A stretch of 64,000 bases of DNA, taken from positions 124,001 through 188,000 of IMG/VR virus record IMGVR_UViG_3300002143_000235; one strand, 5' to 3'. Made by a program: the position numbers and the translations under genes. This document shows, one piece after another, positions 1 to 9,373 of this stretch. The notes beneath the pieces are model-generated. The model made no database searches. It saw only the letters and a program-made list of their open reading frames with translations, and was not told where the DNA came from. The first letter of the stretch is position 1. Every line of letters begins with the position of its first letter.

Positions 1-2
1 AA

Positions 3-548
3 AATAACTCTGCAATCCCAGGTAAGTACAACTTTACAGTTGCTGCTGGTACTGAAGATGGACGCGTTCTTGGAATCGCTGGTACTGAAATGAACTTCAC
101 TGAAGATGATTACGTATCAATGAATCAAATGGGATCAAACCCAATCTCTTACGCTAAGAACATTGGATGGTATATTGAAACTGAATACACAGCTTCTCAA
201 GCACCTAAATCAGCATTGTCTTACTTACACGTACGTGAGATCTTGATTGACCTTGAGAACGAGCTTTACGCAATGTTGTTCAAGTACCAATACAAGTTCA
301 ACATTCCAGCTGTAAGAGCTAAAATCAAACGTGAGGCTGATGACATCTGTCAGAAATACCTTGATCGTTCTGCAATCACTGCGTTCACGAACGTAATTGA
401 TGATACGAATAACACTGCCGATCTTATCGACAACCAATTCGGTCTATTGAATACATACATCACACCGGTACGAGCTATGGCAACTATCGTCAACGTGATC
501 GGTATCCAATCAAACGGAGCAGTTGGTACAAGTACAGGATTCAACTAA
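3..548 (+). CDS. Tail sheath protein, C-terminal part (runs off window start)
   Basis: Frame open from nt 3. SALSYLHVREILI...YQYKFN...VIDDTNNT..ID..G.....ITPVRAM matches the contractile sheath C-terminal domain. Confidence 0.85.
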   Translation, partial: NNSAIPGKYNFTVAAGTEDGRVLGIAGTEMNFTEDDYVSMNQMGSNPISYAKNIGWYIETEYTASQAPKSALSYLHVREILIDLENELYAMLFKYQYKFNIPAVRAKIKREADDICQKYLDRSAITAFTNVIDDTNNTADLIDNQFGLLNTYITPVRAMATIVNVIGIQSNGAVGTSTGFN

Positions 549-564
549 AAACAAATACAATGAG

Positions 565-592
565 AAAGGCATCCAATTGGATGCCTTTTTTT
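565..592 (+). terminator. Intrinsic terminator
   Basis: AAAGGCATCC-AATT-GGATGCCTTT followed by a T-run, between convergent genes. Confidence 0.85.
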
Positions 593-782
593 ATGCTTCT
601 ACTTTTTCAGTTTCAGCAGTAAGTACATGTTGAATTTGTGGAAGAATCATTTTCTGAAACTTCATACTCACAAATTTAATTCGTTGATGCTTATTATCAC
701 CTACTGCTTGTCTAAATACAAGACCAGATAAGTGATCTGCTAATTTTGCGTAGTTCTCGTTTGTGATGAGGTATGTCAGCAT
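591..782 (-). CDS. Small hypothetical protein
   Basis: 63-aa ORF in a minus-strand run. Confidence 0.5.
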   Translation of the reverse strand: MLTYLITNENYAKLADHLSGLVFRQAVGDNKHQRIKFVSMKFQKMILPQIQHVLTAETEKVEA

Positions 783-799
783 TTCGTTTTATATTTTTT

Positions 800-1102
800 T
801 TATTTTATAGTGAATACAAAAGTAACTGTTCCAGCCATTGAACCTACGCCAGTCCATGCAAAATCAGCAAAGCTCGGTTGACCTTTTCCAGTTGTTTTGT
901 CATAAATTTCTTTTCCAAGTCCAGCAAGAATTGCTGTTCCAAATCCTATAAATATTGCTTGTTTTTTACTTGCACCAAGTTTATACGATACAAAAGATGA
1001 TGTATAGGATATTACTGTACCTGCTACAAAATGCTTAACCTTATCTGGTTGAATTTGAGATTGTGATAAAAAAGGTATTAAAAAAAATAATAAGAATTTC
1101 AT
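800..1102 (-). CDS. YfiM/DUF2279-like membrane protein
   Basis: Signal peptide, DKVKHFVAG, GLGKEIYD and SFADFAW motifs. Confidence 0.65.
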   Translation of the reverse strand: MKFLLFFLIPFLSQSQIQPDKVKHFVAGTVISYTSSFVSYKLGASKKQAIFIGFGTAILAGLGKEIYDKTTGKGQPSFADFAWTGVGSMAGTVTFVFTIK

Positions 1103-1193
1103 AAAAAATATTTAATAGCAAATATAATAAAAAAAAGGACACCATTGCTGATGTCCTTTAAAAATTTACCTAAAAGTATGAAAAAAGTATCTA

Positions 1194-1499
1194 TTAACCG
1201 TTTTTACGGAAAGTTGATACACGTTGTGAACGGATGTTAGAGATGTTTGTTCCTACGATTTTTGACATCGCGTTACGTACCTCGTCACGTGTGAAACTCA
1301 TAGAGAACACAAGTCCGTTTGATGTTTGACCTGCAGGGAATGCAACCCATAGGTTTTTGTTTGTACGATTAGTGATTTGACTCACTGTGTACATTGCTTT
1401 GATCGTTGCACCTTTAACAACTGCAGAGTTAACTGGAGTCTTTGGTGTTACAGATTTCGCTTTTGATGCTGTTTGTGTTTTTGATGCTTTAGTTGCCAT
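1194..1499 (-). CDS. Small basic hypothetical protein (paralog of 25898-26128)
   Basis: Likely start MATKASK at 1499, downstream of an AAAC-N18-TATA site. Lys/Ala/Thr-rich N-terminus. Confidence 0.7.
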   Translation of the reverse strand: MATKASKTQTASKAKSVTPKTPVNSAVVKGATIKAMYTVSQITNRTNKNLWVAFPAGQTSNGLVFSMSFTRDEVRNAMSKIVGTNISNIRSQRVSTFRKNG

Positions 1500-1734
1500 A
1501 ATTGTAACTGTTTGATTTTGATTTGAATTATATTCTTTAGGACTATTATAGTCAGGTGTTTTAGGAAAGTTTAAACCAGTGCTTAAAATTAGTTCATGTT
1601 TCTTACGAGATGGATTTTTTTCAAAGTAATCCATAGCTTTTAGTACATTACTTTAAAAAGTACCTGTTGTAATAAATTTATCATTGATATACAAATCAGA
1701 CCATGGATAATACATTTGAATCTCAATCGTCATA

Positions 1735-2496
1735 TTATCGAATATTTGAGAGTTCAAGACCAATCATGAGCGCCACATTGTCTTCTTTAAATAAAAGAAA
1801 CTGGTCAAACATGTGAATGGTAATGTGATCCGAAGGCGTGATGCTCTTCAGGTACTTATTATTAAAAGTCCAGATTTCATCTTCAACTGTTGGAAGATCT
1901 GCAACATGTACTGACCATCTTGTATCAAAGAATTCAAGTTTACCTTTTTTTACTCGCATCGAGATTGTTTCACTCTTATTAAGAGCAGATAGTTTCTTGA
2001 TATCACTAAATTCATCACCAGTCATAGTAAATGAAAAGTTTGCAAGATCAGGATTCATCTTATTTTCAACATCTTGTTTTGAGATGTCTTTAATTTGACG
2101 GTAGTCACCGGTAACAAAGTTGAATTTCAATTTACCGTCTGTGATATACATCATTCCAGCAATTTTGTCTTTATCCTTGTAAGCTAATCGACCATGAATA
2201 GGCGTTTCTTTTGCAAGATACAATTCTAGATTTTTCACAAAGTTACCACCATTCAAAACAATAAAGTCCATAATGATTGGTTCGTCAGCTGTAATGAATT
2301 CCTCAACAGGATACATAAATGACTTAAACCCGTGAATGAAATTATCTTTTCCTTCACGTGAATAAAATAATACATGTTCTTTATCGATCTTCATTTTAAT
2401 CATTTGATCGATTCTAGTGAGGTCTTTCAATACTGTAATAATCTCTTTTAGATTGGCACGATTGAACTCAAAGTTATAATCTCGTAAATTACTCAT
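1735..2496 (-). CDS. Putative DNA polymerase sliding clamp (PCNA/gp45-like)
   Basis: 253 aa with a two-domain alpha/beta repeat pattern like PCNA (LKEIITVLKDL...; FNNKYLKSI). Confidence 0.6.
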   Translation of the reverse strand: MSNLRDYNFEFNRANLKEIITVLKDLTRIDQMIKMKIDKEHVLFYSREGKDNFIHGFKSFMYPVEEFITADEPIIMDFIVLNGGNFVKNLELYLAKETPIHGRLAYKDKDKIAGMMYITDGKLKFNFVTGDYRQIKDISKQDVENKMNPDLANFSFTMTGDEFSDIKKLSALNKSETISMRVKKGKLEFFDTRWSVHVADLPTVEDEIWTFNNKYLKSITPSDHITIHMFDQFLLFKEDNVALMIGLELSNIR

Positions 2497-2501
2497 ACGA
2501 A

Positions 2502-2768
2502 TTATACTTGTTCCAGATTAATTTGTTTGATAACTGAACGATCTACTTTTAAAATTTTTGATGCAAGACCATGTAAAATAGTATTTGTACTATCAACACA
2601 GTAATCATATAATAATTCAATATGTCTATCGGATAATTCCAATGCTGTATTATCACCAGTCTTATCCATTACAGATTGTGTTAGGATACAGATAACGTTA
2701 AAATCAGTAGATGCTTCCAAAACATCGCGTTCTGGAATAGATAATCTAATTGATGTGAGTGTATTCAT
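2502..2768 (-). CDS. Hypothetical protein
   Basis: ORF co-oriented with and adjacent to the clamp gene. Confidence 0.65.
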   Translation of the reverse strand: MNTLTSIRLSIPERDVLEASTDFNVICILTQSVMDKTGDNTALELSDRHIELLYDYCVDSTNTILHGLASKILKVDRSVIKQINLEQV

Positions 2769-2864
2769 ATGTCTTAAATGTTATTAAAATCTATGTTTTT
2801 AGAACTATTTTTTAAAAAAGTTTAAAAAAATGTGGTAAAAGTTTTTTTATATCAAATACTTTGC

Positions 2865-2886
2865 TATCTTTGTATTGTTCAATTAA
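2865..2886 (+). promoter_or_regulatory. Bacteroidota-type -7 promoter element (TAnnTTTG) plus conserved TATTGTTCAATTAA
   Basis: TATCTTTG-TATTGTTCAATTAA. Near-identical copies at 5824, 29972 and 59760-59781 (minus). Confidence 0.75.
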
Positions 2887-2897
2887 TAATTACAAAT

Positions 2898-3254
2898 ATG
2901 AAAAACAGAGAATTCGCAGCAGCAGTAAACGCAAAAGCAGCACACTTAAGAGAAATTAAACGTGAAGCATCACAACGTTGTAGAGCACGCCAAAAAGCAA
3001 TCCTTAATGGTGAATTGTTTACACCAGAACTTGCTCTTCGTTCATTGCAACCAAAAGCAATCAAAGTTGAGAACTTCAAAATGGAGATTGGTAACAAAAC
3101 CATTCGTCTTAACAGAAATGGTGGTACAGCTGTTGCAATGATTACAGCAGAAAAAACTGAATCAGGAACTGTTAAAACAAGAAAGTCTTTCAAAGACATT
3201 CAAACAGCAGTTCGTGAATTTATGACAGTTACAAGCACAGTAGCTACTGCATAA
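2898..3254 (+). CDS. Hypothetical early protein
   Basis: Start MKNREF follows the host-type promoter. Terminator at about 3275-3302. Confidence 0.75.
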   Translation: MKNREFAAAVNAKAAHLREIKREASQRCRARQKAILNGELFTPELALRSLQPKAIKVENFKMEIGNKTIRLNRNGGTAVAMITAEKTESGTVKTRKSFKDIQTAVREFMTVTSTVATA

Positions 3255-3313
3255 TTGAAACAAACTACAACGACAAGAGGATCATTTGGTCCTCTTTTTT
3301 TTATTAAAAATTA

Positions 3314-3350
3314 TGCCACATATGTAATATGTATGCATATATGCACATAT
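3314..3350. repeat. Dispersed intergenic element, copy 1
   Basis: TGCCACATATGTA-N15-TGCACATAT. Copy 2 at 43297-43332. Confidence 0.65.
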
Positions 3351-3384
3351 TTAGACTTTGATTTATATTTTTTGTATAAAGTAT

Positions 3385-3867
3385 ATGAATTATAAATTAA
3401 CCATTGAATTAGTACCTGAAACAGCGTGGTATTCAAATGTACGTAGTAATGTTACTCGAACAGAATGGGATAAACTCCGTAAGGAATGCTATAGAAGAGC
3501 TGGACACAAATGTGAAATCTGTTCATCGACCGGACTTGTACAAGGATTCAAATGGCCTGTTGAATGTCATGAAATATGGGATTACAACGATGAGACACAT
3601 ATTCAAAAATTGATTGGTCTTATCTCACTCTGTCCTTTATGTCACAAGGTAAAACATCCAGGTCTTGCTGGTATACGCGGTGAATCGGATCTTGTTATCA
3701 AACAATTAATGCATGTCAATGAAATGTCGAAATATGATGCGACAAGGTATGTATCAAGTGCTTTTCGTATATTTGAACAAAGATCAGAACACAAATGGGA
3801 GTGTGATATCACATACTTAAATAATTATTTACAAGGACCAAATGATTGGATTACTAAAACAGATTGA
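3385..3867 (+). CDS. HNH-family nuclease-like protein
   Basis: CEIC...ECHEIW...LCPLCHKVKH zinc/HNH signature. Confidence 0.75.
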   Translation: MNYKLTIELVPETAWYSNVRSNVTRTEWDKLRKECYRRAGHKCEICSSTGLVQGFKWPVECHEIWDYNDETHIQKLIGLISLCPLCHKVKHPGLAGIRGESDLVIKQLMHVNEMSKYDATRYVSSAFRIFEQRSEHKWECDITYLNNYLQGPNDWITKTD

Positions 3868-4396
3868 AAAGGAACAGATAATAGCTATTCTACGCTATCC
3901 TGTTAAATATTTTAAAACGCTTTACATTGATTATGAAAAGCCATATGTTTCAAGATTGCAATATGATCTTGGAAATGGTTACAGATTATCATTTCACAAA
4001 ATTGAAGAATGTGATACAAATGAAGCGCTTTATCATCCACATCCTTGGCCATCAGCTATTCATGTAATTAAAGGATCATATGAAATGGGAATTTCGTATT
4101 CAGAACAAAATTATCATTATGGTCAAGAAAATGCTAACAACAGTTTCCAATCCGAAATCGTAAAAAATGAAGTATGTAAACTTGTTGTGAATGATGGTTT
4201 CTATTATGAGATGCTCAATAGACATGGTTGGCATTATGTAAAACCATTAGATCAATGTTCAATGAGTGTAATGCTTATGGGACCAAAATGGTATGATGGT
4301 AGTCGACCAACGAAACAGTTACATGAATTGGATCCAGTTGTTGCTAATAATATTAGATTGGAGTTTTTGAATTATTATCTTGATTTATTAGTGTAA
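3842..4396 (+). CDS. Cupin-fold protein
   Basis: HPHPW.....IKGSYE...WHYV cupin metal motif. Confidence 0.6.
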   Translation: MIGLLKQIEKEQIIAILRYPVKYFKTLYIDYEKPYVSRLQYDLGNGYRLSFHKIEECDTNEALYHPHPWPSAIHVIKGSYEMGISYSEQNYHYGQENANNSFQSEIVKNEVCKLVVNDGFYYEMLNRHGWHYVKPLDQCSMSVMLMGPKWYDGSRPTKQLHELDPVVANNIRLEFLNYYLDLLV

Positions 4397-4446
4397 AAGT
4401 TTTTTAAGTAGTTTTATTTTCGTATTTTTGTACAAAATGAAAATCA

Positions 4447-5724
4447 ATGGGAAAAGAGGTTAGACTTATCAAGGTTGATGGTGATGCGAACAATAATAAG
4501 TATTACAACATGGTCGAAAACGGTGATGGTACTTTCACTGCAACTTACGGACGTGTTGGAGCAGCTAAACCGCAGACCGATACTAAACCGATGTCGAAAT
4601 GGGATGCAACATATCGTGAAAAGACGAGTATCAAGAAAGGTTATGTCGATCAGACAGATCTATTCATTGATGAATCAGTAACGATTGATGTTGATGCATC
4701 AACAGGAACTAAAAAGAAATCAGTATTTAAAGATTTTCTTTCATCAAGATCAGCAGCAGTTGTACAAATGGTACGAGATCTTCAAGGTTGGGCAAAGGGA
4801 TCGGTAGAACGAAACTATACCGTAAGTTCTGAAGCTGTAACACAGAAGCAAGTTGACAAAGCACAGGAAACACTTGATCAAATTGTAGGTTTTCAATTAG
4901 ATGCTAACAACATTGCTGAGTTCAACAAACTCTTGCAGACGTTTTACAGTATTGTGCCTCGTAAGATGAAACATGTGAAAACACATCTTGTTGATCCTGA
5001 TTCTGATCTTACTGAACGTAAGAATGAAATCATTACGGAAGAACAGACAACACTCGACGTTATGGCAGGTCAGGTAAAATTGAATGCTGATATGAAAGAC
5101 AGTGATGTTGAAGAAGATCAGGAAGAAGTTGAAACTGACATTTTGAAATCATCTGGTCTTGATGTTATCGAAGTAACTGATGATGCTGTGATCAATAAGA
5201 TCAAAGGTCTGATGGCTGATAACTCACGAAAATTCCGTAAAGCATTTGAGGTTGTAAATACCAAAACACAATCAGCTTACGAGGGACAAATTAAGAAAGC
5301 CAAAAATCAAAAAGAAGAACTTTTCTGGCATGGTTCACGAAATGAAAATTGGTGGTCTATCCTTACAACCGGTTTACTTATTCGTCCATCCAATGCCGTT
5401 TATTCTGGTTCAATGTTTGGTGATGGTATCTACTTTGCAGACAAGTTTCAGAAGTCATTTGGATACACGTCAGGACGTGGTTCATACTGGGCTGGTGGAA
5501 ATGCCAATACAGCAATTTTAGCTCTTTACAATGTGCATGTGGGTGAACAAAAGATCATCAAACGCCATGATTCATCTTGCTACAAATTGTGTCATTCAAT
5601 CCTTGCAAAAGAGAACTGTGATTCTGTATTTGCACAAGGTGGAATTGATCTTCGTAACAATGAATACATTGTTTATCAATCACAACAAAATACAGTTAAG
5701 TATCTTGTAGTTGTTGAGGCATAA
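4447..5724 (+). CDS. PARP-like ADP-ribosyltransferase (WGR, helical regulatory and catalytic domains)
   Basis: N-terminal NNNKYY..YGRVG (WGR), FYSIVPR (regulatory domain), and catalytic H-Y-E motifs FWHGS, GSMFGDGIYFAD..KS.GY and NNEYIVY. Confidence 0.9.
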   Translation: MGKEVRLIKVDGDANNNKYYNMVENGDGTFTATYGRVGAAKPQTDTKPMSKWDATYREKTSIKKGYVDQTDLFIDESVTIDVDASTGTKKKSVFKDFLSSRSAAVVQMVRDLQGWAKGSVERNYTVSSEAVTQKQVDKAQETLDQIVGFQLDANNIAEFNKLLQTFYSIVPRKMKHVKTHLVDPDSDLTERKNEIITEEQTTLDVMAGQVKLNADMKDSDVEEDQEEVETDILKSSGLDVIEVTDDAVINKIKGLMADNSRKFRKAFEVVNTKTQSAYEGQIKKAKNQKEELFWHGSRNENWWSILTTGLLIRPSNAVYSGSMFGDGIYFADKFQKSFGYTSGRGSYWAGGNANTAILALYNVHVGEQKIIKRHDSSCYKLCHSILAKENCDSVFAQGGIDLRNNEYIVYQSQQNTVKYLVVVEA

Positions 5725-5730
5725 AAATAA

Positions 5731-5790
5731 TTTACTACTTTTACTACTACTTTTACTACTACTTTTACTACTACTTTTACTACTACTTTT
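5731..5790 (+). repeat. Tandem repeat (TTTTACTACTAC)x4 plus partial units
   Basis: Perfect 12-mers at 5739, 5751, 5763 and 5775. Confidence 0.95.
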
Positions 5791-5791
5791 T

Positions 5792-5821
5792 AAAACCGGT
5801 GCGTTTCGTATCGGTTTTTTT
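5792..5821 (+). terminator. Intrinsic terminator after PARP
   Basis: AAAACCGGTGCG-TTT-CGTATCGGTTTTTT. Confidence 0.75.
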
Positions 5822-5853
5822 ATTATATTTGTATTGTTCAATTAATTATTTAT

Positions 5854-6069
5854 ATGTCATTTACAGATTTTTTAGGAGCAGAGCTAAATGTTGGTGATGA
5901 GGTCGTTTTCATTTCCCGTGGATACAGAGACTTCAGTCGTGGAACTGTTGTTTCGTTTACACCACAAAAGGTTCGCATTGCACATATTCATCGCAATATA
6001 CCAGATTATGCAAAGTTACTTTTGCAAGATCCATATCAGTTAATCAAAGTACCCATTCAAACAAAATAA
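5854..6069 (+). CDS. Small SH3/KOW-like hypothetical protein
   Basis: ELNVGDEVVF...GTVVSFTPQKVRI. Follows the TATATTTG promoter at 5824. Confidence 0.7.
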   Translation: MSFTDFLGAELNVGDEVVFISRGYRDFSRGTVVSFTPQKVRIAHIHRNIPDYAKLLLQDPYQLIKVPIQTK

Positions 6070-6071
6070 TT

Positions 6072-6473
6072 ATGAAACTCTTTGGAAATAAAAATTCAAG
6101 TGTTGTAATCATCAACGGTAAGAAATATACTGGAAGTGGTGATATTCAGATTACCGATAATAAGATTCTAATCGGTGGAAAGGATGTGACAAAGGATCTT
6201 GAAAATTCACTCACTGTTACCATCGAGGTCCATGGTGATGCATCGATAGATGCTGATTGTTGTGAGAAAATCACGGTGAACGGAAATGCTGAAAGCGTTA
6301 AAACAATGTCAGGCAGTGTTCAATGTCAGAATGTTGCTGGTAGTATCAACACACAGTCAGGTGATGTTCGTTGTGGTGATGTCGGAAATGATGTAAAAAC
6401 AATGTCAGGTGATGTAACAGCTAAATCTATTATGGGTAAGGTGAGCACTATGTCAGGTGATATCAAACGTTAA
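6072..6473 (+). CDS. Beta-strand-repeat (DUF4097/adhesin-like) protein
   Basis: Repeated VKTMSG(D/S)V units. Confidence 0.7.
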   Translation: MKLFGNKNSSVVIINGKKYTGSGDIQITDNKILIGGKDVTKDLENSLTVTIEVHGDASIDADCCEKITVNGNAESVKTMSGSVQCQNVAGSINTQSGDVRCGDVGNDVKTMSGDVTAKSIMGKVSTMSGDIKR

Positions 6474-6477
6474 GGAT

Positions 6478-6834
6478 ATGCAAGTAAAGATCAAAAATAT
6501 TGTAGTACACAACAAGCTTGAACTGATTAAGCTTCTTCGTGTAAATTTGGGTTATACAATGGATAATTGCATGAAGCTTGCAACACAACTCAGTGATAAC
6601 GAGACAATGGAATTGGATGAACATATCACATATGCTATACATGAGGGAAGGGATACTAAATGTATTACTTTCGATTTCGATAGGGAAGAAGAACCTGTAT
6701 ACAATCCGTATGCTTATCAGAACGATCTCGACTACATCGATGCGAAGGGATGGTATGACTCATTACCTGAGACACAGAAAGAATTTGTACGAACATTGGC
6801 AAGGGATTTTGTCCCTGGTCCAGCAATGGGATAA
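6478..6834 (+). CDS. Hypothetical protein
   Basis: Tightly packed ORF in an operon, ATG at 6478. Confidence 0.7.
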   Translation: MQVKIKNIVVHNKLELIKLLRVNLGYTMDNCMKLATQLSDNETMELDEHITYAIHEGRDTKCITFDFDREEEPVYNPYAYQNDLDYIDAKGWYDSLPETQKEFVRTLARDFVPGPAMG

Positions 6835-6837
6835 AGA

Positions 6838-7716
6838 ATGGAAAGCATGAGATTAAATCAAGAATCAAATCGTGAGATAACGGCTAAGGTTCGAGCAATC
6901 AAACTGATGGAAGAACAAAATAATCAAAATGACATTTGGATGGATTCTATTGTTACTTCAACAAAACCCAGTGCCGATTCTTTACCAGGTTTCTATGAAC
7001 CGGCTGCAAGTATTCAACTTGGTCCACTGACACACAGTACAAGAATTCCTGGAATAGATGAGGATCAGGCTGTCATTATTCGTAACGCATTGACACATAA
7101 TGAGTGTGCACAATTGATTGAGTTTATGAATCAATCAGACAACTTTGAAGATGTTGGTGTACAAGGAATGATGGATCAGAAAGATGAACGTATTGGTTCA
7201 AAACGCACATCAATATGGGCTCCTGAAGTTGCACACCAAATCTGGCAACGTGTAATGCCTTTTCTAAAACCAAAAATGTGCACAAAGTTCACACCAACAG
7301 ATTGGTGGCAAGACAATGATGTAGACTATAACATGTTTTACAAACCAATCGGTATGTCGCCACTATTGCGATTTATGCAATATGAAAACGGTGGTCAACA
7401 TTATGCACATTATGATGCATCGTACATTTATCCTATTTCACAATACCGTACATTAAAGAGTGTTGTGATTTATCTCACAACAAATTATGGTGCTGCAACA
7501 CGTTTTGTAAAAGACGGACAGAATAGTATTCCAATAAACGAACGTAATCATATGGATTGGGATCGTCCAGTTAAGGATGAGGAGATTATTGGTAAGAGTG
7601 AATGCATCAGAGGAAATATTTTGATCTTTGATCATCGTTTGTGTCATGATGTAGAACAATACCTTGGAACTGAGAAACGCATCATTATTCGTGGTGATAT
7701 TATATACGTTGCGTAA
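6838..7716 (+). CDS. 2OG-Fe(II) dioxygenase (prolyl-4-hydroxylase-like)
   Basis: LRFMQY..G..YAHYD, VVIYL, G..LIFDHRLCHD and KRIIIRGD (HxD..H..R). Confidence 0.85.
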   Translation: MESMRLNQESNREITAKVRAIKLMEEQNNQNDIWMDSIVTSTKPSADSLPGFYEPAASIQLGPLTHSTRIPGIDEDQAVIIRNALTHNECAQLIEFMNQSDNFEDVGVQGMMDQKDERIGSKRTSIWAPEVAHQIWQRVMPFLKPKMCTKFTPTDWWQDNDVDYNMFYKPIGMSPLLRFMQYENGGQHYAHYDASYIYPISQYRTLKSVVIYLTTNYGAATRFVKDGQNSIPINERNHMDWDRPVKDEEIIGKSECIRGNILIFDHRLCHDVEQYLGTEKRIIIRGDIIYVA

Positions 7717-8051
7717 TGACAAGACCAAGACCAAAAAAGAATAATCGAGAAGTTCGGTACCAATCATTACAAATTAATTGGAAACTTTTGTTCAAAATGT
7801 TGTTTATATTTGTTACATGTGGTATTATTGTAAATCAGTGTGAATCGAATACAACATTAAAACTCGAGAATGAAATTTTACAGTATGAACTTCTTGAAAA
7901 GGACAGTATTATTCATACACTGACACCAAAACCTGTCATTGAAAAAAAGATCGATTCTATTAAAGTAGAATCAATACAAGTAAAACGCATACCTAAACCG
8001 ATAGTAGTTGATACAATTATACCGGTTGAAATTATACACGACACATTATAA
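7716..8051 (+). CDS. Membrane-anchored hypothetical protein
   Basis: One transmembrane segment followed by a coiled coil. Confidence 0.65.
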   Translation: MTRPRPKKNNREVRYQSLQINWKLLFKMLFIFVTCGIIVNQCESNTTLKLENEILQYELLEKDSIIHTLTPKPVIEKKIDSIKVESIQVKRIPKPIVVDTIIPVEIIHDTL

Positions 8052-8458
8052 TGGATACAATAGAAAAACATAAAGCCGAACTAAAAGAGTTCCAAGATGA
8101 ATTAAAATTAGTTTATCAAAGAAAACGTTATCTAGTTTCTATGATTGAGAATACGGTAAAGATAATTGATGAATTGGAATCTCCTGTTATTATTTCTGCA
8201 CCAACAACAAGTCAAGTATTATGGAATCGTGATATGCGTATCTGTGTTGATTTTATTGAAAAACACGAACGTGTTACTTCAAGACAGATTATAGATCATT
8301 TGAATATGAATTTGAAAAATCTGTCTACGCGTTGGAAAAATGAACTTGACGGAAATCTTTTCATGAATTACATGGGTAAAAGATTATCTGAGAATCAAAG
8401 AATCAAGTCATATAAAGATCCGGATAAGAAAACAATTACTTGGTGGGAAATTAAATAA
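8051..8458 (+). CDS. Hypothetical protein
   Basis: Translationally coupled ORF. Confidence 0.7.
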   Translation: MDTIEKHKAELKEFQDELKLVYQRKRYLVSMIENTVKIIDELESPVIISAPTTSQVLWNRDMRICVDFIEKHERVTSRQIIDHLNMNLKNLSTRWKNELDGNLFMNYMGKRLSENQRIKSYKDPDKKTITWWEIK

Positions 8459-8529
8459 TTTTTTTTTCTCTTTTTGCACCGCCGTATCATTTTTTTATCT
8501 ATATTTGTAATGTAATCAAAAAGCAATAT

Positions 8530-9072
8530 ATGTCAACAGCAACACAAAAAGAAGTTATCCAGGTAAATACTCAAGACTTGATGCGAGTTCTTACTCAAGT
8601 TAAAGGAGCTAAACCAGCAACGATCTTAACAACTACAGAAGTAAAAATGAACAAAACTGGTAATCCATACCACGGTCGTATCACAAAACAAGCTGTAGCA
8701 AACATTTTCTTGAACTACAATTATGAGAAAGCAGTAAATGCACGTCTTGTAAAAGAAGGTAAAGAAGCAAATTTTGTTGCAAGTGCACCAGTTTGGGGTG
8801 AAGCAATTCCAGGAACACCACTTGTTCTTTACAAAGGTTCTTTGTATTTGACTGTTGGATACCTTACAAATAACACACCGAAGTCTGAATACTTCTGTGA
8901 TGGTGAGCCTATTGCAAAAGACACAATCGCAGATTACTTGAAACCAAAAAGTTCAAGTGCTGCTAAGCAAGGTCTTGAAGCAGAAGACGAAGTTGTTGTT
9001 CGTAAATTCAAACTTGAGTCAATCAAAGAAATCCGTATGGGTGGAAAGATTTACCAAATTATCGCAGACTAA
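8530..9072 (+). CDS. Hypothetical early protein
   Basis: TATATTTG at 8500 upstream and a terminator downstream (about 9094-9124). Confidence 0.8.
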   Translation: MSTATQKEVIQVNTQDLMRVLTQVKGAKPATILTTTEVKMNKTGNPYHGRITKQAVANIFLNYNYEKAVNARLVKEGKEANFVASAPVWGEAIPGTPLVLYKGSLYLTVGYLTNNTPKSEYFCDGEPIAKDTIADYLKPKSSSAAKQGLEAEDEVVVRKFKLESIKEIRMGGKIYQIIAD

Positions 9073-9168
9073 TTACTACTACTGTCAGCGTGAGAAAGGG
9101 ATACCCAACCGGTATCCTTTTTTTATTTTTATCGCATTTTGATATATAATTCAAATTTGTAAAAGAAT

Positions 9169-9309
9169 GCGAAGATAAAAAAAGGAGGATCAGTGTCTTT
9201 TAAACGTCAATCACACGTCAAGAAAAGACCTAAGGTACATGCAAAAGCTGGTAGTTCTAAGAATAAAAATTCAAAGAATTATAAGAAGATGAATCGCGGA
9301 CAAGGATAA
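9169..9309 (+). CDS. Small very basic protein ending KKMNRGQG, start uncertain
   Basis: Open frame AKIKKGGSVSFKRQSHVKKRPKVHAKAGSSKNKNSKNYKKMNRGQG*. The ATG at 9167 is one base out of frame. An in-frame GTG lies at 9193. Confidence 0.6.
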   Translation, partial: AKIKKGGSVSFKRQSHVKKRPKVHAKAGSSKNKNSKNYKKMNRGQG

Positions 9310-9341
9310 TAAAAAGGAGCTAATTAGCTCCTTTTCTTTTT

Positions 9342-9367
9342 AAACAAAATTACCAAAATAGTGTATA
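9342..9367 (+). promoter_or_regulatory. AAAC-N18-TATA putative phage middle promoter
   Basis: The same exact spacing recurs at 11 sites. Confidence 0.7.
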
Positions 9368-9373
9368 CAGTGC

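Noticed and set aside
5731-5790. CRISPR array
   Set aside because: The 12-bp repeats are contiguous with no spacers, and there are no cas genes in the window.
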